DNA from: Octopus sinensis
Taxonomy: Eukaryota
DNA: 64,000 nucleotides
Direction: 5' to 3'
Assembly (NCBI RefSeq): GCF_006345805.1
Contig: NC_043006.1
Span: forward strand, 5,146,001-5,210,000
Position numbers and translations under genes: made by a program. Within the stretch, counting starts at the first letter, position 1. Each line of letters starts with the position of its first letter. This document shows positions 41,248 to 54,365 of this stretch, one piece after another. The notes beneath the pieces were generated by a model. That model was not told the origin of the DNA. It saw nothing but the letters and a program-made list of their open reading frames with translations, and made no database searches.

Positions 41248-41698
41248 CACTTTAATTATATTATCTCTAGACTTTTGCTGTGTTTTTCTTTTTCCTGAAA
41301 TTAGTTTTGCTGTTTGATCAGTTTCCCAATTCATTGTTTCAACTCATTTGCTTACAACTGACTTTACCATTTTTTTTTTTTGCGCAAGGGTTTTCCACGT
41401 TCTTAAGCAGTGTTTGGCAGGCGCTATCGCATGTTTAGTAACACACGACTGCGATACGACTTCTGATGCCACTTTGGTTGACTTTAAAGAAAGCGTCAGA
41501 ATCGTAACAATCTAGTCTGCAGAACTTCGTAATAAGTAAAGAAAAGAAACGTGAAATCTAAACATCTTTTCCCTTGTAATTCTTTAATTTCAATTTTAAA
41601 TTTCTAATCCCGCCGCAGAGAAAGTGATTATCCCCCTTCTAATAGCGGATACCACGAAGGAACCCCATGTGTGTGCGTGCGTGTGTGTGTGTGTGTGT

Positions 41699-41745
<47 letters not shown>

Positions 41746-42689
41746 TTGGATTGAGAACTGTTTATTTTTAGAAAGCTTAAAAGCTAACGTGACAAACAAT
41801 AAAGTATATTAAGTTTTGATAAACAACAATTAATTATAAAGGAATATAATTACTTTGAGAAACGCAATGTATGTTCATGTGTCCAGATGGTCGTGCTGAG
41901 TAGCCTCACGCTATGTCTTGAGTAAGGCAAAGTATACGTTACAAAATGATAGGCGTCGCTTTTTTTTTATTATCAAAAACAAAAACAAAAAAAATCAGTT
42001 CAAGATAAACAAACTAGTAAAGTGAGAGACCAGCAGGATGGCAGGTTTGTGATACGAGTTAATGGTGAGGGGGAACTACAAGAGAAAACTTATTCGGTTA
42101 GCAACCACTATTGCTAATTCTGGCAAACACATGTTTCTCTCTGTAGTAATTCTGATCAAATCCAGCCGTTGTCTAGCCACAATTCTAAAGCAACATGTGT
42201 CTCAGGCTACGGTGACAAATTCAGATCTCGCTTCTCCTGCTTCTATAATCTTCCTCTCATTTACCAGACACGTGCCAGCAGCCATGCGCAAAGCAAATGA
42301 CCATTCACGCGTAATTGCAACTTGTCAGTTATAATAGAACAATTCTTTAAAGATGTCACTATTGGCCATAAATTCCCTTTCCATCCAAATTCAAAAATTT
42401 GTCGAAGATAATTCTGTGAAGTCAACATATGGGAAAGATCAAATACACCGCTTAGAATATTCCTTACGTTCTACAGCCTTGTTCCTGACACGTGTATTAA
42501 GAAATAACTAACTTTGAACTTCTATTGTAATCTGGTAACGATATTATGTTCTTAATTCTTGCTATTTAACACCACCTTAATGTTACGATGACATTTAGTT
42601 AGGCGGAGGGTGCTGCTGCTGCTGCTACTACTACTACTACTACTACCGCTGGTGTTGTTACTGCTAAATTATGTAATGATAATACGCAT

Positions 42690-43140
42690 TGGCTTGCTTT
42701 GCTTGACTTGAGACAGCATTTACCCGGGGTGGGTTGAGCTGGCTTCATTCATCCTCAATGCTGCATCTCTCACAAACGTCGACCCGGCCTGGCGATTTGA
42801 GGCTAACGACCGCGTGATCTCCAACCACTCCTTATTCCAGCGGCGAACGCCGTAGACATGGGGGTCTAGGTTGGGTTCCAGATCAGCCTTGACTGTCATT
42901 AGCCAGGTTTTTCGTTGTCCACCACATCGCTTTCGCAAACCCTGAAAGGGACCTGGGGCAATCGCTTCGTAGATGAATTCTCCTGGTTGACGACGGAGGG
43001 CATTGCCCAGCCAACGCAGACGTCAAGATCAAAAATACGCAGTGAAGACTAGTATAAACATATTGAACTATAGAAAGGACCTTTAATGCCCTCTCAGTCA
43101 GTGAGTGTCTGTTTGTAATGATGTTTTGAGGATTTGATGA
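42690..43140 (-). mobile_element. RTE-clade LINE 3' end (second family) with CAAG-type tail
   Basis: Fragments in shifted frames read LRWLG.ALRR.PGE, RKRCGGQRKTWLMTVKADLE and WNKEWLE...ASNRQA.STFVRDA. Confidence 0.82.
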
Positions 43141-43805
43141 CCAGCTTTCTTTATTTGCATCAATGTTTGAATACACATACACTTACGAACATACTCATGC
43201 ACACACAGACACACACTCATGCATACGTGTATTGGCATACATGTTGGTATCTGTTGTAGCTCGCTGGATTCAAAAGTTGGCAGGTTGATAGTAGTAGAAA
43301 AGTTGGTGGGTTGATGATGTGGGTTGCATTGGTTTACATGTTAGTGATGGCGGGCGGGTCTTGTTTGTGGTATGGTGGTTATATTGTTCTTGCTAATTGT
43401 ATTGTTGTAGCTGTTTAGTGTCAAGTCAATCCTTGTGGACCTTAAATCAAAGACATTTCATTCAACTTTTAAAATACTCCAGGATATCACATTGTATGTT
43501 TTTATTCGAAATGGATTTGCTTAACTCCATACTGTTGCTCTGTCGGTCGTTGTGTTGGTGATAATGATAGAAACACACACACACATACACACATGTACAT
43601 ACACACACATACACGCACGCACACACAAACACACACACACACACACATATAATCGCATTGTGCACATTATATATATATATGTGTGTGTGTGTATAGTGAT
43701 GATAGTTTTTCAAATCGTAAACTAGATACATTTATCTTAGCTAAAATGCAAATGGCCACTGAGCTAAGAAAATGTAGTTTTAAATTGTTAACAAATAAAA
43801 GACAC

Positions 43806-43848
<43 letters not shown>

Positions 43849-43929
43849 TGTCTTGTTAGGGGTATTAAATGCCTCAACAAACCTTTAGTCGATGAAGAAG
43901 CAGTATGTTGTCACTATACGAATTTTTTG

Positions 43930-44240
43930 TGGAGGCGCCGTGTCCTAGTGGTTAGGGTAGCGGACTCGCTCTCGTAGGATCGCGGTTTCGATTCTCAGAC
44001 CGGGCGTTGTGAGTGTTTATTGAGCGAAAACACCTAAAGCTCCACGTGGCCCCGGCAGGGGGTGGAGGCGAACCTTGCTGTACTCTTTCACCACAACTTT
44101 CTCTCACTCTTTCTTCCTGTTTCTGTTGTACCCGTATTTCAAAGGACCAGCCTTGTCACACTCTGTGCACGCTGAATCTTCCCGAGAACTACGTTAAGGG
44201 TACACGTGTCTGTGGAGTGCTCAGCCACTTGCACGTTAAC
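43930..44240 (+). mobile_element. OR1-like tRNA SINE
   Basis: ggaggcgcc...tagtggttaggg...ggtttcgattc head followed by the family body. Confidence 0.88.
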
Positions 44241-44559
44241 TCTGGTAGTAATTCTATCTAAGTGATGTAACTTAGCGGTTGTTAAGCGGTGGTGGGGGCC
44301 AAACATAAACGTTAATTCTCTCCAAATTTAATAAACTTTGGTTTAAGATGAGAAGCAAAGTTCATTATTTCTATTGTTAATTATATTGGTTTCAGCAAAT
44401 CATTCTGATTAAAGTGAAGCACAGAGAGAAATATTTCATGAAGCTCTAAGACCAATGGAAAATAAAGATTGACCACACACACCATGAGCGGTTACAGCTG
44501 GAACATTCAACATGATTCCTTCTCCTGATATATCTCAATCTAGGTAGTTTAAGGGGGAA

Positions 44560-44970
44560 AATATCTCAGGCGCGTCCATAGTTGTAGCCAAGTGTTTTCT
44601 ATCACCCCGGGCCGACCAGTACCTTCTGACTGAATTCGGTTGACGGAAACTGAAGAAACCCGCCAGCCAGCCAGCCAGCCAGCCATCCATCTATCCATCC
44701 ATCCATCCATACATACATACACACACACATACGTACATACATACTTACATACATACATATATACGTGTGTGTGTATTTAAGTTTATGTTTGACCCCCCCC
44801 CACCGTTTGACAACCGCTAAGTTACGTCGCTGAAACTTAGTGCTTAAGGAAAAGAAACTGATAGAATTACTATCAGACTTAAATATAAGTAGTAGTATCG
44901 ATTTATTCGACTAAAATATTCAACACGGTGCCCCAGAATGGTCGCAGTCCAATGATTGAAACAAATAATT
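44560..44970 (+). mobile_element. Diverged OR2-like SINE
   Basis: Match to the family with a (CCAG)/(CCAT)/(ACAT) linker. Confidence 0.7.
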
Positions 44971-46282
44971 GTATATGTTTTATGTTTATTCTCACGTTAC
45001 AACCTTTAACGCAATTCGCTTCAAGCTTTTGAACTGAAATAATGTATTGATGTGTGGTTGTTTAAATAGCATGCAACATGCTAAAGGAGTTGACATAAAC
45101 ATTATTTTGTATTAAAATACGAAATAATTAATTAATTAAGAGCAGATAGGGAAAAACTGATGCTAATTTTGAAATCAACGCTTAAGAAAGACCCAAGAAC
45201 ACGTCTAACTTTTAAGCATTAAAATGTGTGTTGGACAGTGTAATAGCCTATATTGTAGATAATATCAAAGGATTTATACGCCAGACGATATCAAATATCC
45301 TCCTGATAAATATAAAAAGAATTATCAGGAGCTTTTAGTTTTTATGAAATTATCATTTGTTTCGTTAGTATTATGGCAGAGCATTTTACCATGTTTTCTG
45401 GGCTTCTTGCATTGTAGCTAGTAGCTTTAGTGACAGGTTTTCTCAGGGGGATCAATTTTTTCGAGATTGCTATTCAAGAGAAGTCTGTTCGTCTTCACCT
45501 GACTGATTTCATACTCGAATATGCATAAATATATTCTGCTTTATTCCCCTGGTGCTACTCCGAATACCACAATTTTTCATAATCCTCTGCAAATTTCATT
45601 AGGGGTGATGCTTCTTTAACCTCTACCGAAAATTAGAGGCATTATTCCGTAGGTGCCAACTTTCTAAGCAAATCTAGCCTTTTAAATTGTTGTAATATGA
45701 TTTTCACTGCTTCAAGTTGAAAATATCGTAGCAGACATCTACAAAGTGATTCTATCAATTAATGTTCTCTGACAGAATAATTATGAACTTGAACTGATGT
45801 CTCAAATCATTAATGTTTTAGTCTGTATATTATAAATTAGTTCTTAAAATGAGATTTACTGTTCTTTGTAATGAATCAGAGTCTGTATTTTTGGAATCAT
45901 TTATCTCCATCTTTTAGCCATTTTTATAACCATTGTTTAATTCATTTAACAAACATTCGTTTTGAATTCAGTCACGTGGTACAAAATTTAGAAGTGCAAA
46001 ACCAGAAAAAATTTGTTGAAATTGTTTTACCACAAATGTGCACGATAAGAACATAAAAATACCCTTTATCTTAGGGAAGAGAAATATGAGTAAGAGACAT
46101 TCATCCTTTCTCAAACGCTATCACTGACGTATGTGGATTTGTTGCTTTCTAGAAACCAAAGCTAACACACGAACTGGCTGCTGTCTCTATGGTGTCTCTT
46201 GCACATGAAACACACAAAATGGTAGCAGTTTCATATTTGATTTCCTTTAAATATCACGTTAGATGTTCATTCTATTGACAGT

Positions 46283-46495
46283 CTGGCTACATATTCCAAC
46301 TACACGACATAGTATATATTTAAACCACATGTTGTATGTCTCACCCACATGTCATCGTATATATCCAGATCATATGTTATACATCTAGACCAAATGTTAT
46401 ATGATATATCTGACTACATATTAACATGTAGGCCACATGTTATGTATTTAGAGGACATCTTATATATCTAGACCACATAGTATATATCTAGATTA
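46283..46495. repeat. Degenerate ~19-20-bp minisatellite, about 11 units
   Basis: Units resemble TAGACCACATGTTATATATC. Confidence 0.8.
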
Positions 46496-47069
46496 TGTGA
46501 TGCTACCAAATAGTCCAATGTCCCTTGCAGCGTACACCCCTGTTACATCAGTAACAAGATTTACAAAATTAAAATCCAGGTTTTTTTTTTCACTGAATAG
46601 CTACAAATATAAGCCCTATGTTTTTCTTTTCTTCATTCATATAATTGTTTTTGAAAGTGCGGTGGGTAGCAGAATTTTCTTTTTCAGCTACTACACATTG
46701 TTTCTTTGTAAGCTCGGTTTTTATCCCTACTTCTTATCTAGCATAATACCTTTTTGTCTTTTTATACAGCTATATTTAATTTAATGAGCCTTAATAATTC
46801 AAATGTGGGTTTTGAACGCAGCGAGTAAAAAACGTTATTATTGCTATATCGAAATTATATGACAATTCATTTACTATACCTGTTAAAATATTCTAGAGTA
46901 TGCATCATTCAAAATGGTCTAATCCTATCTGTTGATATACTCGAAAAGATTTTGACCAAAAGAAAAAGAGAAAAAAGGGGAGAAACAGTAATCAATAAAT
47001 AAAGGGAATGGAAACCTGAAGGGACGCGGCGCTACTCTCATATAATCCATTAAAACATTGATATTTATT

Positions 47070-47657
47070 TCTTTATTGTCGACAGGGGGCTAAACACAGA
47101 GGGGACAAACAAGGACAGACAAAGGGATTAAGTCGATTATATCGATCCCAGTGTGTAACTGGTACTTATTTAATCGACCCCGGAAGGATGAAAGGCAAAG
47201 GCGACCTTGGCGGAATTTAAACTCAGAGCGTAACGGCAGGCGAAATGCCGCTAAGCATTTCGCCCGGCGGACTAACGATTCTGCCAGCTCGCCGCCTTAG
47301 TTAGTTAGTTAGTTAGTTAGTTAGTTGATTTTTTGGCTCAAAAAGCGAAAAGCAAGGCCATGTAGGGGGACATGGAGTTATGTACAGGGTAGTGTTCATG
47401 TAAAGAGTTCAGGCCACTTGTGGTCAAGGGAGACTTCATAGAGCGGTAGGAATATGGCTGCTGTGAGCATTCCGAATGACCGTCGAATCAAAAACAGAAC
47501 TCCGCGTGCTTTGTTGGCAGCATGGACGCACTGGGCCGAAGGCGAAAAGGAAGAATCCACCAAGATACCCAGGTCTTTTACCTGGTCGGTCCTCTCCAGC
47601 AGCCGACGACCCGGCTCGAAATCTAGTTGAGTTGCAGGAGAAGAGCCAAAGCGTCTC
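47070..47657 (-). mobile_element. OK-like SINE (47070-47298) abutting an internally deleted CR1 (47297-47657)
   Basis: CR1 minus frame QVKDLGILVDSSFSPSAQCVHAANKARGVLFLIRRSF...FLPLY jumps straight to EVSLDHKWPELFT*. Confidence 0.88.
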
Positions 47658-47885
47658 TTAATATTAAAGTAGAAAATATTGATCTGATTTTATTAACTTT
47701 AGAGCAATAAATACAATCACTTGTTATATTTCAAAAATATTCTTATGACAATATGATGACAGACTATTTAAGATTGTGGGGACATAAACAAAACAACACC
47801 AGCTGTCAAGCGGTGAGGGAGGACAAACTAAAACACAAAGACACATACACATAGATGGATACACACAGGCACGCACACACACAGG

Positions 47886-47986
<101 letters not shown>

Positions 47987-48496
47987 ACATGCTTTGTGTG
48001 AAATTAGCCACACTAGTTATTTTCATAAACTTGTAATGAGGATCATCTGTGGATTATCGTGACTAAATTCCTGACTCTCTATATATTTATATGTAAGCCC
48101 CCCTCCCCTCTGTTAGTACATAGTTAATTAATTGCAACCCGTCACTCTTATATAGTTATGCAAATGAGTTTGTGTTTCATACAACTTTATGTAGCTATTT
48201 GTGGGCGACCTATGAAGAATTGTACAGGCAGCGACACTGACGGGTTTGATTCCTATTTTAAATTTCTGAAGAGGCCTACGTGGACCTAGTTATACAACGA
48301 GGTCAGTCATGAAGGTATGCATTTATATGTGTGTGTGTTTGTGTGTGTGCGTGTGAGTATGAGTGAGAGAGAGAGAGTGGGAGAGGAAGCGACTAACTAA
48401 TCCAACTATTATGTAGAAAAACTTATCAATCGAGACACTAGAGATATGTGTTTCAACTTAGGTCACTAAGTGACCCTTTTCGATTGATATAACATA

Positions 48497-49194
48497 TACC
48501 GTAAATCTTCGAGTATAATTCGCATTTTCCCCGCAAAATTTAATGGTCAAAATCTCTAGTGCGTACTATATACGAGGTTAAAAAGGGAAAATATTTTCTA
48601 AGCAATGTCCGAGTCTCTATTTGCTGTCCGGCTATGTTTATTCAGATGCATTTTGTGATGTAGGGCGCTAAAATACCTTAAGCTAAGCCTGAAAGCAATG
48701 AAGTCATAAAAGAATCATGTATAACTTGCAATAAAAAACATTTATTAAAATAAAAGTATTCAGAACACAGAATAACATGTAACAAAAACAATTTGCAAAT
48801 ATATTTACATTCCCATATAACAGTTAAGAACATCACCATTATTGTATTACGCATGCGCGGAAGTGTTTGTTCGACTAGGTGATGCTGGCTTAATTACGCA
48901 CAACTCAAGTTAGAGAAGGGGTTTCGTCTGTCGTTACGTTCTGAGTTCAAATTCCGCCGGGGTCGACTTTGCCTTTCATCCTCGCGGGGTCGATAAATAA
49001 AGTACCAGTTTCGCACTGGGTCGATATAATCGACTTAATCCCTTTGTCTGTCCTTGTTTGTCCCCTCTATGTTTAGCCCCTTGTGGGTAGTAAAGAAATA
49101 CATACACAAGGTTTAGTTTTCTCAGAGGTACAGCCCCCTAAAAATCCCCTGCGTATTATACTCAAGGGCGGACTATACTCGAGGATTTATAGTA
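48497..49194. mobile_element. Tc2/pogo-type MITE (TA TSD, CCGTA-type TIR) containing a 5'-truncated OK-like SINE (~48918-49100)
   Basis: Left TACCGTAAATCTTCGAGTATA; right TATACTCGAGGATTTATAGTA (3 mismatches against the reverse complement). Confidence 0.8.
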
Positions 49195-49195
49195 C

Positions 49196-49369
49196 TTAAT
49201 TTTCTTGTGGGTTATATCATTAGAGGTGGAGTAAACGATTTTCTCTTCTTGGTTTGGGTTAGAGAAAGGCGTACTTTTGTTTTTGGAAGGTTCTTCAAGA
49301 CCTGTAGAATCGACATCATTTTTGCTTCTCTTTTCATGAACAGATGCAGTTCTAGTGTTTATATTATCC
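49196..49369 (-). CDS. Candidate 174-nt coding exon (phase 2-2) of an unidentified gene
   Basis: tttacattttgcag|G GAT AAT...ATT AA|gtacta. Open only in this frame (DNINTRTASVHEKRSKND...THKKI). Phase-compatible with 62036-62123. Confidence 0.4.
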
Positions 49370-50039
49370 CTGCAAAATGTAAATAATCGTTGCATTTTGC
49401 AAACCTCGTGTTTCCAAAACAAAGCAGCATTTTTTTAACTTATCGCAGACACTTGAAAAATAGTTGATGTTTGTTGGTTCCGTACTTAACTGCTCTACAC
49501 GAAAACATTTACATTTGAAATATACATCAACTCGTCACTTTGTGATTTGTTATTTCTGTCTTGTCTGTACCTGTCTGTTTATGTAACTTATGAAATATTT
49601 ATTGTTATTGAATCCATTTTATCTTCACAACTCAATGCATTTTTTATTCCGACATATATGAAATTCATTCTCTTCTGTAAGTTACACAAATCCTCAAAAA
49701 CACAGACACACACACATAAATATATATGTGTGTGTGTGTGCGTGTGGAGGTTCATATGTGTGTACCTATGTAAAAGTGCAGGACTCGTTATTGAGAGTCA
49801 AAGTAATATGACATATAATGGAATGTAAATGTATATTTATTAAGATATTCCAAACACATCAGTCATAGTTACGTCTAATGAGAAGGGATGATTTCATAAT
49901 GTGCAAATTTTCCCATATATTTGTACTTTGGTTGGATGACGCTTCCACGAGAGATTTTGAGCTCTCACAAGGAGGCGAGTGTAAGTTCCATCCAACCGCC
50001 TCTCAAGCTTCTTTGATAACGTCCAGGTTTCTCAGCCAT

Positions 50040-50300
50040 ATAGTATCACCTGTTGTGAAAGGTAGAAGAGTCCAGTTTGCTGGACATTGTTGTAGAGCTG
50101 AAAACGAGGTAATTTCTACTCTTCTCTTCTGGAAGCCATCTGCTCGCAATACCAGAAGGCGCACACTCTCCAACCCTGATGTAATCTCCAGGGATACAGG
50201 CATCCAGCAACAGGACCTCCGTAATGCTATGATGGACCGTGAAGTCTGGCGTATCATAGTAATTTCCATTGTCTCGACCACGGTCGAACAATGAAATGAA
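50040..50300 (+). mobile_element. RTE LINE 3' end, same family as 1318-1620
   Basis: VKGRRVQFAGHCCRAENEVISTLL...STTVEQ*. Confidence 0.85.
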
Positions 50301-50422
50301 TGTGTAAATAAAATCCAAATATTGTTATTCACGTGATCGGAGGGGAAGAAACTGAATCTGTTTACTACCTAGATATCTATACACTCACCAGATGGCAGTG
50401 TTTGCTCAGTATAATTTTATTT

Positions 50423-50472
50423 TATGAGTGGATTTGGTAGACGGAAACTGAAAGAAGCCTGTCGTATATATG

Positions 50473-50503
<31 letters not shown>

Positions 50504-50725
50504 ATGTGTTTGTGTGTCTGTGTTTGTCTCCCTAGCATTGCTTGACAACCGATACTGGTGTGTTTACGTCGCCGTCACTTAGCGGTTCGGCAAAAGAGAC
50601 CGATAGAATAAGTACTGGGCTTACAAACAATAAGTCCCGGGGTCGATTTGCTCGACTAAAAAAGGCGGTGCTCCAGCATGGCCACAGTCAAATGACTGAA
50701 ACAAGTAAAAGAGTAAAAGAGTAAA
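50423..50725 (+). mobile_element. 5'-truncated OR2-like SINE
   Basis: Family match from gagtggatttggtagacgg to aagagtaaaagagt. Confidence 0.88.
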
Positions 50726-52511
50726 ATAAATTTATTCTTTATCGATTTGGATTTTGTAATTCTGAGAGCAAGTTTCTTGTGAAACATATAAAACACATAA
50801 AACATATATTACATGACATTATTCCCTTCATCTCATTTTAATGAGATATTGCTCTCAGTTGAAATGTTTTTATTAATTTAGATGTCACGGAAGGTTTTAT
50901 TGATTTAAAATAAATCTACACAATAAAAACAAATCCCTGTTGCAGTTGTGAATGACATAAGGCCTTGCAATCTGTTTCAAGATGCCATCTGTTTAAAAAA
51001 CGTAAGGCTCTGAATAAAAACTTGATATGGCAGCCGACAGAAAGGATGTCACGGTGTCACGATAAGCTTCTTAGAAAGTGTTTTCGGGAAAATAATATTA
51101 CTTGATACAGTTTAACTGCAGTTTGATTGTAATTAGATGGCTTTTCTTAGAATAACTGATATTGAAGGAATATATATTTTGGGAATCTTGTACAAGCTTC
51201 CTGTTTGAATAAGAACTTTCTCTATGAATGACATAATGTCCTTCAAATAGTTCTTTTAATGAACTTCACTCATCTTTGCGTCTGAAAAATACACACACAT
51301 ACATGCACACATACATGCGCACATACATGCACACATACATGCATACATATATGCGCGCATACACATACTTTGTATTAACTCACGAAGAAGATATTTTATA
51401 AAAGGGAAAAGTATATTTTTGTCTGTCTAAAGTTATTTTCTCTAACCTGGCCTTTACGCAACTCAAATATCTGAAAGTTCAGTATTACTCTGAGACAGGG
51501 TCGTTCATGCAGTCGCTCCCGCCTCCCATTCAACTGTTTTCTCACTAATTGTCTCATGGGTGATTTATAAAATGTTTTATGAATGGTGGGATATGAAAGA
51601 GAAACATTCTTGCTGTTCCTGAACTGAAAGACCAATGCCAGTAATCATTAATTCTAGTAATATTAAGTATACAAGAGTCGATTTTTATAATTCATGCCCT
51701 TTCATTCTTTTACAGGTTTCTGTTATTCGTCTGTGGCTATGCTAGATCACAACACTCAGGGGTTTTAGTAATTTATATGGTCCCACAAATTTAGTCCTTA
51801 TTTCATATATCTTGCGAAACACAAAATGCAAAGTGGTTATTAACCCAGAGGAAGATAACTCGTCGGGCATGTATGTTGCATAATGTTTCTGTTCGAATGC
51901 AGCGGTTTTCGTTTACTCCACTTCATTAAATGCGTACATGTGTGTTTGTGTGTGTGTGCATGCCTGTGTATATTCATTCATATACATACACACACATATA
52001 TTATACAAGTGTATGTGTATACGCACACATGCGCACACAAATACATACACACACACACACTCATGATATTGACATCATTCTTTGGATTTGCTGCGAAAAT
52101 TTTTTCTCATGTCACTGGAGAATCGCAGACAATTTAGGAGCTACTTAACCAGCTGCTCACACAACAGTTTCCTACCATCTGACAACTATATTCATACATT
52201 TCCACAGCTTTTATCACTTCACAACTTTTCTCTGTTTCCGGATAAGATACAACTTTTGCGACGTCTTTTTTTATTTCTTTGCTAACACTACTAAATTTCC
52301 TGTCTTTGTATTTCGTGATTTTCTATCATGCATGTAAAGGATTAGATCAATGATAATCCACAAATGAAAACACCATAGCTACCAAGAGATTTTGAAAAGG
52401 AGTTGTGACCCATAAAGCCTCACAGAGACAATACGTATGGGATCTTTTCTGTTACTGTCACAGCTTTCGAAATTATAAATTTAAATGAGAAATTTCCAAT
52501 TTAGTATATTG

Positions 52512-53625
52512 ATCATCATCATCATCATCATCATCATCATTATTGTTATTGTTATTTAATTTTAATCTGCATGTTTGGTACAATCACTTGCTGAAACATA
52601 CCTAGCGCCCTAGGGCAAGAGAAGGACAAGAGATGTTACAGTATGTCTGAAAACTTGGCAGGGAGTGGCAGGAGCAGAAGCGAAATATCTTCATGCAATG
52701 CAACACAGACATTTAAATGGATAGGGTTTTTTCTAAGGATGTGCGCAGTACTTGTTGCACAATATTTTGGACTGTTCTACATGCTCTCATCCAGTTCCCG
52801 AGCATTGCTTACTTGTGGAATGTCGAATACCTGCTGTCATGTGTAGGACGGATCCTACTATCCACTAAGTCCTTTGTGAAGATCGTCCTGCTGTCTTCCT
52901 TTGGCCGTGAAGGATTTCTCTGAGACATGGTTCTCCTGTGATGTTATCTAGAGGTTTTTGGTATCACTTTTTATTACACTTAGGGCATCTACAATAACAG
53001 GAACAGTTCTTGCTTTAAGATGCCACATCTTTTGTATTTCACTTTCCAGGTCCTTATATTTACTTAATTTGTCAATTTCCTTTACAGATATATTTTATCA
53101 GTGAGAACATTTACATCTATTATTCTACAAATATTTTCTTCTCTGCCTTTGATAATTATGACTGGTCGATTAGCCTGGATCGTTCTGTCGGTGTTAACTG
53201 GAAAATCCCAGAAGACAGTGACAGTTTTACCTTCAACAACTGGCTCAGGATGATGTCCATACCAGTAATCAGGAGTGACGGTTTTGCAGTGTTTACATAT
53301 TTTCCAATGTAAATACTGTCCTACCCTATCGTGGCGATTTTTGTATTCGTTTGTATTAGCACAGGACATCCTGAAACGAGATGGTCTATTGTTTTGTCGA
53401 ATGTGTCGCAGAGTCTGTGTATAGAGCAAGAACCGTTTTGAAGAACGTTAGCCTAGTAGTTTCTGGTAAGCAAGCTTTGATTTTGTGCTGCCAATATGAA
53501 ACCTTCAGTCTCTGCTTTCAGTTCTGACCTTCTCAACCACTGATGGGCTGTTGCTTGGTCTAGATTAGCATTTCAATATACTGTCCATGAAGAAGTTTCT
53601 GGTTCTACCACTCCTCAATTTGTTA
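52512..53625 (-). mobile_element. R4/Dong-like LINE 3' remnant with (AAT)/(GAT) tail
   Basis: RHDRVGQYLHWKICK, WYGHHPEPVVE...VFWDFPVNTDRTIQANRP.III, KYKDLE.EIQKMW...VPVIV and TSTAHILRKTLSI* are zinc-knuckle and restriction-like endonuclease motifs. Confidence 0.88.
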
Positions 53626-53646
53626 TTATCATACTTATTATAATTA

Positions 53647-54202
53647 TTGAGTGAGAAAGCAGTGCATGCCATCAAAGTGACACTGGGGTAAAATATTCGA
53701 AGCCTAGTATACCCATCATGACTACTCGTCTGATAAGGGTGCACTAGGTATATGCATCACAACCATATGTGCACGACATAGTGATCTCATATCACGATAA
53801 AGAGCGCATGACCTTACAGGTGGAGGCCCAGTTAGAATTTTCTTCTGGTCGAATAGCCCATCCCACTCAAAAGGTCTTTGAATAAGGATTGTTTAAGGAT
53901 GTTGAACAAAACACCCATGTTTCCAAAGGTGAATCATTCAAGCACCAAAGAATTCCTCTCAACACATGGCTATGATGCTCCCCCACTACTTCTGCTCATG
54001 ATCAGAGATGCACATATCGTCAGCCACTAAGGGACATGGTCAACTGGTTAAGGTCAAACAACTGACAAGCAAATCTGTGGTATTGAGCAGAATATTTGCT
54101 GTAGCCCATCTTTTATACCAAGACAAAACAATGTACATGATAACACTTTCAATCAGTTAAAATCAGAAGTCATGAGAGCCACTGCTTGCTATTGCGTCAG
54201 GG
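53647..54202. mobile_element. ~555-bp non-coding segment, probable non-autonomous interspersed element
   Basis: No ORF, bounded by ATT/ATC tracts, lying between two R4/Dong remnants. Single copy in the window; I recall it as abundant in Octopus but have not verified this. Confidence 0.45.
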
Positions 54203-54252
54203 TAATCATCATCATCATCATCATCACCATCACCATCATCATCATCATCATT

Positions 54253-54284
<32 letters not shown>

Positions 54285-54365
54285 TATCATTATCATTATA
54301 TTATTATTATTATTATTATATTATTATTATTATATTATTATTATTATTATTATTATTATCTATGA
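54203..54365. repeat. (ATC)n-(ATT)n microsatellite, tail of the adjacent R4/Dong element
   Basis: Direct reading. Confidence 0.95.

Noticed and set aside
51447-51623. 177-nt open phase 0-0 minus-strand candidate exon
   Set aside because: It lies between the two linked candidates but is phase-incompatible with both, and its splice sites are only moderate.
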